A stretch of DNA of 26,897 bases from contig JAQGDQ010001750.1 in the NCBI GenBank assembly GCA_030141605.1, forward strand, positions 1-26,897, written 5' to 3'. Origin of the DNA: Tubiluchus corallicola (lineage: Eukaryota; Animalia; Priapulida). A program made the translations under genes and the position numbers. Below, one piece after another: positions 11,310 to 21,315 of this stretch. How positions within the stretch are numbered: position 1 is the stretch's first letter; each line of letters starts with the position of its first letter. The notes beneath the pieces were generated by a model. The model saw only the letters and a program-made list of their open reading frames with translations. It did not search any database and had not been told where the DNA came from.

Positions 11310-11423
11310 GTGTTGAGAAGCTTTGGCAGGCATTACAAGACAGGTAAAACAATACCTGAGCACATGTTGACGAGCTTTTGTACTTCAAAATACATGTTTA
11401 ATGCCTGTGAATGTCAATTGCAG
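11310..11423 (+). CDS. MIPEP: Single 114-bp exon resembling mitochondrial intermediate peptidase (peptidase M3); may be an orphan exon
   Basis: Flanked by tctatacag| and |gtaatg, phase 0/0. Encodes VLRSFGRHYKTGKTIPEHMLTSFCTSKYMFNACECQLQ, matching the recalled MIPEP segment FARHYxTGxPxP...CxSK...AxxxQLQ. Confidence 0.7.
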
Positions 11424-11939
11424 GTAATGATTGCTGGTCTTTTAAAATTTTACTTAGTTTTTCCCGTTTGTTTTACAGAATGTAAAACGCTTATATAACC
11501 TTTGGTAAATATCGCACGAAAAAACATAAATTTGAATAGATATTTTTTTGTCTATATAAGTTTTGTAAAACTAAGTGTAGCTTCAATATACAAACATCTA
11601 CTTTGCAAACTGTAAACATTGCCAGGATTGGTTGTTGTTTGCTTAGCACTTAATGGGAATAATAATTTTGCAATCATTTTTAGTTTTTGTTTATTCCGTT
11701 GAAAGTGCATTGCTCTCATCTTATACTGGTATGACTAATATAGAAGAGGGTAATCGATCACATGAAATGAGATCAGTTTGTAACACTAATGAGCTTGACA
11801 GTAATAATTATTCTTATTTCAGATATTCTATTCTATATTAGACCAACGTTTTCATGGTAAACATCCATTAGAACCAGGACTAACTGAGATTTTAGCTGAG
11901 ACACAGAACAAGTATTATTGTCTACCTCATGTTTATACG

Positions 11940-12004
11940 GTTTGACCCTCCATGACTCCCACAAAATGGCTTGGAGGTCATGACCCGCAGTTTGGGAACC
12001 ACTG
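11940..12004. mobile_element. One end of a hAT (Charlie-like) non-autonomous element
   Basis: Ends GGTCATGACCCGCAGTTTGGGAACCACTG, the reverse complement of a CAGTGGTTCCCAAAC-type terminus. No partner end was found. Confidence 0.5.
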
Positions 12005-12319
12005 TCATAAACCAAATGTTTGATAAGTCTTACTGAATTATTTGTTTACTAAAAGGTAAAAAAAAACTAGTTATTGAAATGTTGTTACAGTAGTAGTCAC
12101 ACAATTTGCATAAGATTGTTGCGCGTTAGTCATAGTAATTTCCCATTATTTGTGTGCTCAAACATCTAAGTACAGACATTGTTTAGACTGTTATAGCATG
12201 AAATTGTTGCTTATCACTTTTATGACATACTGTGCTTAAAATCTACCTGCCGAGTGCATATATTTATCACCAAATTACCCAGGTTTTTACTGTTTTAATT
12301 AGATTCCCCGTTAACTTAA

Positions 12320-12777
12320 CCCTTTCAGTCCCAAATTATTTTTTAATAAGAAAAATTTTTTTGGCTTGGTACTTTTGTTCAGTATGTCAATCTTGTTTAC
12401 ACATAATAATTATTTTTTTCTACCTGTGCCCGCGTGCTAAATATAGCCTGTATCCCACGGGATACATTGGGATTCAATGGAAGCATAAAATCTGCTTCAT
12501 TTTGCAACTGCTGATAATTTTTTAAAGTATTTAAGACATTTAGTATTCATGCTATGCTGATCTGTACAAAGTCATCTCTAAAGTACTGTACCTTGCGCAG
12601 TTTTTTATGCTATGTAGATTTTCTGGTTTGCCATTTTATCACCATTTTAGTCTATTATTATTGGCTTAAATCAAAATAACTATTAACAGATCAAATAACT
12701 GTCAGTTTTAAAATTTTATTAATTTTAAAGGCAGAAAATGTTCTCGTATCCCACAGGATACAACGGGTATGAAAGGG
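12320..12777. mobile_element. piggyBac-type MITE, 458 bp
   Basis: TTAA at 12316-12319 and 12778-12781. TIRs CCCTTTCAGTCCC / GGGTATGAAAGGG (11 of 13 match). Internal palindromes GTATCCCAC(G/A)GGATAC at ~12450 and ~12746. Confidence 0.85.
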
Positions 12778-13063
12778 TTAAAACTACCTATTACCGTAAA
12801 AACTCTTATCTATGAAATGGTTTCTCTTTGACCCAGCAAGACGATTAAACATTATAGTTCATTGGTTCGTTCCTTTTCAACTTGCAAGGATTCCTCATTT
12901 GCCTGGTTTTCAGCTACAAATTTAATTGTTGTTGATTAGATTTACTGTAATTAACTTTCACGAGTTGTTTTTATTATTATTTTCTAATTTGTTGCTAGAT
13001 TAACTTTGATTCTGCTTCCTCTCAGGTTCTGGCAGTACTGTATCATTTCATATAATGATGCTT

Positions 13064-13697
13064 CTTCTTCTTCTTCTCAGCTTTTCCCTATTCGGGGTCG
13101 CCGTTGTGAATGAGTCTTCTCCATGCATTCCTGTTGTTGACCATCTCTACATTTATGTTCTTCTCTCTAAGGTCTCCATTAATACATTCAATCCATCTCA
13201 GCTCGGGTCGTCCTCTTCTTCTATTTCCCAGCACTTCCATTTCCATGACCTCCCTTCCCACATGATCTTCCCCGACTCTTCTTTTCAGGTGCCCATACCA
13301 TCGCAATCTTGCCTCTTGTATCTTTTTCGAGGCTTCCACTACTTTCACTGTTCCTCTAATATTACTATTCCTGATTTTATCCCTTCTTGTTACTCCCACC
13401 ATCCATCGCCACATCCATTTTCTTCTCTTCGGTCTTCTTTAGAGGTGCTGCTTCCAGCCCATATATTAGAGCAGGTCTGACCACTGCTTTGTGGACTTTA
13501 CCTTTAAGTCTTGCTGGAATCCTCTTATCGCATATCACACCCGAAACTTTTCGCCAGTTATTCCAACCACACCGAATCCTGAAATTCACCTCCTTTTCCA
13601 TTCCTGCAGTCTCGTCTATCATTGATCCCAGATACTTAAAGGTTTTTACTCTTTTCAACTCTGCCCCTTTCAATCTTATTGTTTCATTGCCCCATCA
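13064..13697 (-). mobile_element. 5'-truncated RTE-clade LINE (reverse transcriptase C-terminus, frameshifted)
   Basis: Motifs FKYLGS, LKGKVHKAVVRP, RLRWYGH and RRRGRP across two ORFs joined by a small deletion near 13410. (GAA)n tail. Exact 19-bp TSD ATTTCATATAATGATGCTT at 13045-13063 and 13698-13716. Confidence 0.93.
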
Positions 13698-14457
13698 ATT
13701 TCATATAATGATGCTTAAATTCCTTAAAATAATTGATTTCCAGCGTTCTATAATGTTATGAGAAAATTAATAATCACGTTGACAACAATGAGAATCTTCT
13801 AACGTTTACAACTTGCGTACGTATCACAGTTTGTGTCAATGATATTTCGGCTTAATTTTACCCTTGGTTTACCCACTTTTCGCACTCTGGAAAAAACATT
13901 TTACTTTGAAATATTTTTGTAGTCCCAATCAATAAATACAACACAGAATGAAATAATACATTGTGACATTGTTAAGTTGTTAAAATGTGCATGTTTGGTT
14001 GTTAAGCGAAAACTTACTACATAGGAAGTGTTGCGTTTGTCTGCAAACTTGTTATTAAGAAGGCTGTGTGAGAGTACAAATAAATAATTTAAAGTATCCA
14101 CATTTAGTGACTAATATTCATTTTCATTTATGCTCATCAATAGTTCTATGTACAACATTACAGTTAACAAAAATCAAATGCGACTTTTAACTATTAAAAC
14201 CAATGATCTTGTCAATGATTTTGTATATTTGTTTTGATAGTTAAAAGCTGTGAAATGATCATTTATGAAACACAGAATCTACTAAATTACAGGTTACATA
14301 TTATATTTTACAAAATATGGGTTCCAACGTTCTTCGAAAATTTGAATTTAATAATTCCATAGTTTCCTTGCTCGTGTATAAAGGCAAGTGAACGGGATCG
14401 AGGTTTTCTGCATGTAACTACAAATCTCTGTAAAAACTCTGTCGTTCACATTTACAT

Positions 14458-17046
14458 TCAATCTCCACCTCCACCTCCATCTCCACCTCCACCTCCACAT
14501 CCACCTCCACCTCCATCTCCACCTCCACATCCATCTCCACCTCCACCTCCATCTCCATACGAATGTCCAACTCCATAAGAATCTATCGGTGTGTTTTGGT
14601 GTGCTGGTGAAAGATGCCGCCCAAAGAAGCCGCGTTTGGTAAGAACTATGATAAGTATAAAAAGCAAATAAAAACCGCCAAGAAGTGCATCTACTATGAC
14701 CCATACAGGAATTCCTTCTTTGTGTTCTGGTTCAGTTTTTACAGGTATTGTAAATGATAAATAGTTGTCATTCAGTGTGTCATTCGTTTCGTGACTGTCT
14801 GTTACAGCTTGCATTGTAAATGATATGTTTTGTTCACTTTCTAATGTGCTTATGTCAAATTCGATTATAAAATCGACGACTGATGACTTTGGCAAGGGAT
14901 TTGCTATTTCACACAACAAGCTGTAATTTCTCATTACTGAGGAAAAGCAGGACACGGAGTAGTTTGCACTTTGGCTTTGAGCTCTGATAAATTTTACAAC
15001 TTCTGGATGTTCTACGATGACAGCTGTACTGTACGCGTCTTCACCGTTGTTTTTCACTGAAATATGGAAATCTAATTGTTTGTCTCTGCCAACCAACACA
15101 TGATCATCTTGAAGACTGGCTTCAACTTCAATTTCTAAATCAGCTGTACAAATATCATCAGTGCCGCAGTCGGTGAGGAATTTGAGTGCATAGTCTGCTT
15201 CCGTTAACGAATCCCGAGAAATTGCAGGTGGCAAATGAAATTGGTTGCCTTGACCACTGGCAACATTATAGTGCAGGTGAAGGTTTACTGGTGTATACAC
15301 ATCATTGTTAGAATAATTAACATAAATAACAAACTGATCACAAGCTGTAACGTCTTTGCTGAGGGTTTTGTTTGAAGTAATAATTGTTATTATATTGTTG
15401 TTAATTGCAAAATACGCTCGCGTAAAGTATACAGAGTTAGATGTTATTGCTACTGAATAGACAATACCTTGTGAATCAGAAACAAACTTTCCATTGTAAC
15501 GCCAACAGATCGTCACATTTGCACAAGAGGTTTTTGCATTCGAGTTGGCACATTCAGTTTTATTTGGCACAATGGTAGGTGGAAAGAACTGCAAAGTGGT
15601 GTTGAAATGCAGAAGTGACTTTGTACGTAGTAAGACTGCGTGATCCGACTGGAATGCACCAACTGCTAAATCAGGATAGTTGTTACTGTCAACGTCCATG
15701 CTGTTTGACAAACTCCAACCAAATCCCATCATGTTCGAATTGATGAACGATGCGGAGATTCTCTGCGAATACTGTTGCTGAATTCCTTCAGCCATTCCCA
15801 TGTAGATGTAAATAGCTCCCTGTCCATCTTCCTCAAATGGGGCTCCAACTGCGACGTCTTGAAAGCCATCTAGATCAAGATCTCCAGCACCCGCAATGGC
15901 CGAACCAAATCTAGACTTCAGAGATATAGAACCATACAATTTACTCTCCTGCTCTCTTAGTGGGTCATTCCCACTTCCAGTGTTCATGTATACGTACACT
16001 CTGCCTACGTCTACCATATCATCTGTGTAGTAGTATGGGCCACCTACAATGAGATCATCTAATCCATCATTGTTGACATCAACAGCAGCTACAGCAGCAC
16101 CAAAATATTCACCAGTAATTCTCCCGACCTTCGTTAAAATGATATCAAAATTTCCACTGTAAAGAAATACGGTACCATAGTTACCTTTACGAGGTACTCT
16201 TGGTGCTCCAGCTACAATTACAGTTTTCCCGTCGGGAAAGAATACACCAGAGTCAATAGCATAACCCATGTATCCATCGCTGGGAACTGCATTAGGCAGT
16301 GGTATTGTCATATCATTTCTTCCATTGGGATATTCGACAACACTTCCTGTAAAACTCCACACTCCTGGTGCAGCCAGCAGCAAAGTGTTGTCAGAAGTGG
16401 CTTTTGGATAATCTGAAGCCATACCTGACATTCCAGCAGCATACAGGTAAATACCATTAAGAATTTGCTTATCAACATCTCTAAGCGGATGGAGCGGTGT
16501 AACAGATGAAAATCCTAGCTCACGATTAAGTTCCCAACAATACCCGTTCATCAAGTATTCTCCAAATGGTTTCTCCTTGTAGGCTTGATTAATCCAGCGA
16601 GGAGCACAGACTGTCACCCTGTCTTGTCCACTTGTTTGTACAGCAATGCTGGCACCCAAGAACTGATAATCTTTCTTGTGCCACAAAAATGTTATTGATT
16701 CATTAACTGTTGTAAAGCACTGTGATTCTGTCCCGTTCGTTTCAGTTTCCATGCAGAGATTACCTATATTATCCACTTCTACTTCTGTGCAAGAATCTGA
16801 TGCACCACTAACTGGACATTGATACATGGCACCGGGTTGAATTACGGTTCTTGGAATATAAAGAGATTCAGATTTTGGTGCACCAACAAGCACCCACGTC
16901 CCTTCTGAATTAGCCAACAGTCTAACTGCATATCCAAAATAACTACCATTAGATCCATGAAATATGATTGCATGATCAGTGTCAATATTATATCCATTTA
17001 CAACATACCCAGTTATGAACACAGTTACCAGCAGTATAAACAACAT
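14458..17046 (-). CDS. Intronless integrin alpha subunit (no I domain; alpha4/alpha9-like propeller; calf-2 absent), 862 aa
   Basis: Signal peptide MLFILLVTVFITGYVVNG then YNIDT. FG-GAP repeats and Ca-binding loops DVNNDGLDD, DLDLDGFQD, DVDSNNYPD. Genu CGTDDIC; calf-1 NxGEDAY and CEIANP; TM helix and KRGFFGR. The first in-frame ATG is at 17046; the ORF track start at 17112 is a TTG. Confidence 0.95.
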   Translation of the reverse strand: MLFILLVTVFITGYVVNGYNIDTDHAIIFHGSNGSYFGYAVRLLANSEGTWVLVGAPKSESLYIPRTVIQPGAMYQCPVSGASDSCTEVEVDNIGNLCMETETNGTESQCFTTVNESITFLWHKKDYQFLGASIAVQTSGQDRVTVCAPRWINQAYKEKPFGEYLMNGYCWELNRELGFSSVTPLHPLRDVDKQILNGIYLYAAGMSGMASDYPKATSDNTLLLAAPGVWSFTGSVVEYPNGRNDMTIPLPNAVPSDGYMGYAIDSGVFFPDGKTVIVAGAPRVPRKGNYGTVFLYSGNFDIILTKVGRITGEYFGAAVAAVDVNNDGLDDLIVGGPYYYTDDMVDVGRVYVYMNTGSGNDPLREQESKLYGSISLKSRFGSAIAGAGDLDLDGFQDVAVGAPFEEDGQGAIYIYMGMAEGIQQQYSQRISASFINSNMMGFGWSLSNSMDVDSNNYPDLAVGAFQSDHAVLLRTKSLLHFNTTLQFFPPTIVPNKTECANSNAKTSCANVTICWRYNGKFVSDSQGIVYSVAITSNSVYFTRAYFAINNNIITIITSNKTLSKDVTACDQFVIYVNYSNNDVYTPVNLHLHYNVASGQGNQFHLPPAISRDSLTEADYALKFLTDCGTDDICTADLEIEVEASLQDDHVLVGRDKQLDFHISVKNNGEDAYSTAVIVEHPEVVKFIRAQSQSANYSVSCFSSVMRNYSLLCEIANPLPKSSVVDFIIEFDISTLESEQNISFTMQAVTDSHETNDTLNDNYLSFTIPVKTEPEHKEGIPVWVIVDALLGGFYLLFILIIVLTKRGFFGRHLSPAHQNTPIDSYGVGHSYGDGGGGGDGCGGGDGGGGGCGGGGGDGGGGGD

Positions 17047-17580
17047 CGTGCAGTATAGCAGCAGTACAAGATGTTGCTTTAATAGGCATAAAATAATACT
17101 CTCGAGTAGCAAATGTTCAGACTAGAGTCGAGGAAATTGCTAATTGCAATTTCATTTATAAGTTGCAACACTGTTCCTCAGAATCAACATTCAACATCAA
17201 CATTCAATATTCAACATAACACTCTCTAGTTTTTTATAAGATGCTTAACTCAATTTTGATTGTTCATGAGAGTTCTCATCGCCAGCAAAAATTATTATAC
17301 ATGCAAATGACGCTAAATCCATGGGTGCTTGAACTCTGCTGAAATGCTATTCACCTGGAGCCAGCAAGAGTAACAATCAGCTTTGAAGTACTTATTTGAA
17401 CAGTGTAAACCTGTGGGTATTTGGCTGCTCTGCCTTTGTGTATTTTTATTTACTCACAAACACGTTAGATCCTGACTGACTGCAGGGTCTCTTTCTCATT
17501 TTTTGAGATGTGATTTGTTTAATTAAACGGAAGTGATAATAATAATATTAATATATACAGATGATAATATTTAATGATCA

Positions 17581-17830
17581 GTGACTTTTTTGTCTGTGAC
17601 TTTTTTACCTGTAACCTTTTTACCTGTGACTTTTTTATGTGTGACTTTTTTACCTGTACCTTTTTTGCATGTGACCTTTTTGCCTGTGACTTTTTTACCT
17701 GTGACCTTTTTGCCTGTGACTTTTTTACCTGTGACTTTTTTACCTGTAACTTTTTTACCCGTGACTTTTTTACCTGTGAATTTTTTACCTGGATTCGTTA
17801 TGACTGATTTTGGTCGTGATTTTCCCACTT
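17581..17830. repeat. 15-bp tandem array (TTTTTTACCTGTGAC)n with the same terminus as 1704-1990
   Basis: About 14 units, ending CCTGGATTCGTTATGACTGATTTTGGTCGTGATTTT; accounts for the KKVTG ORF. Confidence 0.9.
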
Positions 17831-17831
17831 A

Positions 17832-18209
17832 TTGATTATTTAACATAACAGCAATATTAAACTTTTCTTAAACTATTTAGCCTGTGTCTTTTTCCATTAC
17901 AGAAAAAACTTCTCCAGACGTAGAAATGCCACCCAAAGTAACTGAAGCTGCGCATGAACCGTCCCACAGCAAAGAGACTTTAGTAGATAACAATGTATAC
18001 ACAAACTAGTAGATATGTATCTACTAACAATAATGAAGTTACTCATCAACCAATCAACAGCAAAGAGGCACCTCTAACAGGAGATGATTTCTATAGAAAT
18101 ATCGACTCATTCTAAAGAAGTTCAGCTACCCAGTACAATTAAGTAAAGTCCATGAAAACACTGAAATTACTGAACTGATAGCGGCAGACGGTTTTGCTTT
18201 ACCACGGAG
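17832..18209 (+). repeat. Dispersed duplicate of 2003-2382 containing a single monomer of the 280-bp repeat
   Basis: Near-identical from TGATTATTTAACATAAC to TTTACCACGGAG. Confidence 0.95.
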
Positions 18210-18757
18210 CTCAAGACTGTTTACTTAATGCAAAAATACGTGGTGCTAACGTTTCAACGGCGAGCGGGGTTAACCATAGATAATAATGCGGTATGTAGAA
18301 GATAGCATTATTGTTATTACCAATGTCATAGATATGAGAAATTAATCACTTCTTTCGGGACATAAAAGACATATAAATTCGTAAAATCTGAACTGATTTT
18401 CATTGGAACGTAAAGAATGATCAGAATTACATTTTCAAATGTTTTATTACGGATAGATGATAGTTCAGTAGGCCGGGTAATTGTTTACATCAGAGGTCAC
18501 AGATATGAGGAACGCTGTTTTTACCCGCTAGCCGTTAGATGGCGCAGCGTGCATGTGCTCGTACATTCTCCGATTATAGTGTTATTTTCCGTGGCTTTGC
18601 CCGCACGTCACGTGACGCATGTAGTTAAGACGCGTTGCTGTGGTTCACTTAACCGACAGCAACTGAAATGTGAACAGAGCGAAACTGTGAAAAGGTTTAT
18701 TACTCAAGGATTTCTATATGCGTCATCGTAATAACAGCCCCTGCGAAAGATAAGAAT

Positions 18758-19912
18758 AAAATTTTTATGTATTTACTAATAATTGTTGAAATTCAGTACT
18801 AGTGGAAACACAGATATGTATCATCAGTATAAATGGATTATCCCATTGGCTAGTATAGGCTACAGTCTAGGGCCCTCAAGCTTGGCGGGGCGGGTCAAGT
18901 TTTGGTAACCTTTTGTAAAAGCATCTGATTTTTTCACCCCAGTTGTGTTGAAATACGTATGTATTAAATCGGTTTGTAATAAATAATGAAATAGTGCCAT
19001 TTCTTAAATAAAATTTTGATTGACAAAAAAGATAGGTATTCTAGTTTATTAAAAGAATTTGCAACAAGTTTACTTCAAGCTATGATAAATGTCATGGAAA
19101 CACATCACAAGTAAAAAATACTTAAAACTGGCATAGGCGGTTATGTCTAAGAGAGGGCCTTAAAAGAATTTAATCCGAGCGTGATCACCAACATACAACA
19201 AATGATTTGCATATGCTCCTCCAATGAAATATGCTGCTTTTGAACTATATACCTTTTGGCTCTGTTCATAGAAGTAAAAGTTGAAAAGATAACAGAGACA
19301 AGGTGCTGCCTTGTTCACCCCCGCAGAACGTACTAGATATATCCTTATGATTCTTAATCCCACCTCATTATATACCTTTTACTTCACCTAGGAGTTGCAC
19401 GCGCGCGAGTAACTATTTTTTCGAAAATTCATTTTTATAAGTTTAGAAAACAAATATGGTAAGTATTAGTATTACAGTATTAGTAGTACAGTAGAAGTAC
19501 AATATTAGTAGTACAGTAGAAGTACTGTATTAGTAGTACAATAGAAGTACAGTATTAGTAGTACAGTAGAAGTACAGTATTAGTAGTACAGTAGAAGTAC
19601 TGTATTAGTAGTACAATAGAAGTACAGTATTAGTAGTACAGAGAAGTACTGTATTAGTAGTACAGTAGAAGTACAGTATTAGTAGTACAGTAGAAGTACA
19701 GTATTTACGTACAAAATTTTTGTGTATTTACTAATAATTGTTAAAATTCAGAACTAGTAGAAACGCAGATATGTATCATCAGCATGACTGGATTAACCTT
19801 ATTGGCTAGTATCGGCTACAGTTTAGGGCCCTCTAGCTTGGCGGGGCGGGTCAAGTTTTGGTAACATTTTGTAAAAGCATCTGTTTTTTTCACTATAGTA
19901 ACGTTGAAATAT
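18758..19912. repeat. Pair of ~190-bp diverged direct repeats (18758-18950 and 19713-19912)
   Basis: Both contain GTATTTACTAATAATTGTT...AGGGCCCTC-AGCTTGGCGGGGCGGGTCAAGTTTTGGTAAC-TTTTGTAAAAGCATCTG. Confidence 0.9.
19476..19705. repeat. 25-bp minisatellite (AGTATTAGTAGTACAGTAGAAGTAC), about 9 copies
   Basis: Periodicity directly visible. Confidence 0.95.
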
Positions 19913-20012
19913 TTGCTAATTTGGTTTGCAATAATTAGTAAAATCTGAAAGAACTGCTGCTTTAGTGTGATTTACTATGTTACTGTGGTCGTTTCTTCTC
20001 CTCTTTTCCTTC

Positions 20013-20262
20013 TCCCTAATCTTACTATTTTTCCATTCCATCATGTCTACTAACCCTAACCATTCTTTCATTCACTCATTCTCCCCTCCCTTCCTTCTTC
20101 CTATCCCTAATCTTACTATTTTTTCCATTCCACCATGTCTACTAGCCCTAACCATTCTTTCATTCACTCATTCTCCCCTTCCTTCCTTCTTCCTATCCCT
20201 AATCTTACTATTTTTTCCATTCCATCATGTCTACTAACCCTAACCATTCTTTCATTCACTCA
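20013..20262. repeat. ~92-bp pyrimidine-rich tandem repeat, about 2.7 copies
   Basis: CCCTAATCTTACTATTTT at ~20014, ~20105 and ~20197. Confidence 0.9.
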
Positions 20263-20423
20263 TTTGTGCCACCTTAGCAAGCCAAGCTTTCAAGGTGTCA
20301 TACAGCAACTCTTTTATTTGGTTAATTTGACTTCATCAACGTTTTTTTTACCTATACTGTTTCATTTTGTTTCAATAATATTGTATGTTGATGTATTGTA
20401 TATGTATTGCTGGAGTGAAATAA

Positions 20424-20797
20424 ATTGATTGATCGATTGATTGATTGATTGATTGACTGACTGACTGACTGACTGACTGACTGACTGACTGACTGACTGA
20501 CTGACTGACTGACTGACTGACTGACTGACTGACTGACTGACTGACTGACTGACTGACTGACTGACTGACTGACTGACTGACTGACTGACTGACTGACTGA
20601 CTGACTGACTGACTGACTGACTGACTGACTGACTGACTGACTGACTGACTGACTGACTGACTGACTGACTGACTGACTGACTGACTGACTGACTGACTGA
20701 CTGACTGACTGACTGACTGACTGACTGACTGACTGACTGACTGACTGACTGACTGACTGACTGACTGACTGACTGACTGACTGACTGACTGACTGAC

Positions 20798-20856
<59 letters not shown>
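20424..20856. repeat. Compound microsatellite (GATT)n(GACT)n(GATT)n
   Basis: Perfect GACT core of about 345 bp flanked by GATT runs. Confidence 0.99.
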
Positions 20857-20857
<1 letters not shown>

Positions 20858-20975
20858 GTGCGTCCATCACTATGTGTTGCAATGTCCGTTGCACGCCGGG
20901 AGCCGGGGGGGGGGCGTTCGAGCAGCGAAGTTTATTTATCCTGTATGATTCAATTTTTTCCTAATTTTAATGAAT
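20855..20975. repeat. Dispersed repeat, copy 2 (copy 1 at 3536-3678)
   Basis: Same motif string as 3536-3678, with an internal indel. Confidence 0.85.
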
Positions 20976-21141
20976 CGGAACTAAAGTCCACACTTTATTA
21001 CACGGTATCTCACTTTTCAATCTCGAACAAAATAAAACTATTTTTGATTTAATGCAGGAATTCATAAGAGCTTCATGTCAGACTGTTTTTGTAGTTGCGA
21101 TGTTTGTGTTAAACAGATGAAATCACTAGATGAAAACATGA

Positions 21142-21315
21142 TTTAACTTTGCGATCTGTATTTTACTCAAAATCATAGTCTCATGGTCAATCCACATTGG
21201 TTTAACTTTGCAATCTGTATTTTACTCAAAATCATAGTCTCATGGTCAATCCACATTGGTTTAACTTTGCAATCTGTATTTTACTCAAAATCATAGTCTC
21301 ATAGTCAATCCACAT
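21142..21315. repeat. 59-bp tandem repeat, 3 copies
   Basis: TTTAACTTTGC at 21142, 21201 and 21260. Confidence 0.95.

Noticed and set aside
12598-12620. Next MIPEP exon (VFYAM-like reading)
   Set aside because: Immediate stop, wrong acceptor phase, and located inside the piggyBac MITE.
17047-17112. N-terminal extension of the integrin from the ORF track (884 aa)
   Set aside because: It starts at TTG; the ATG at 17046 already gives a normal signal peptide before YNIDT.
20352-20894. 180-aa QSVS ORF, and similarly the KKVTG, HSFI, poly-Ile, WRWR and 34-bp-repeat ORFs
   Set aside because: Translations of micro- or minisatellites, or alternative frames of real genes.
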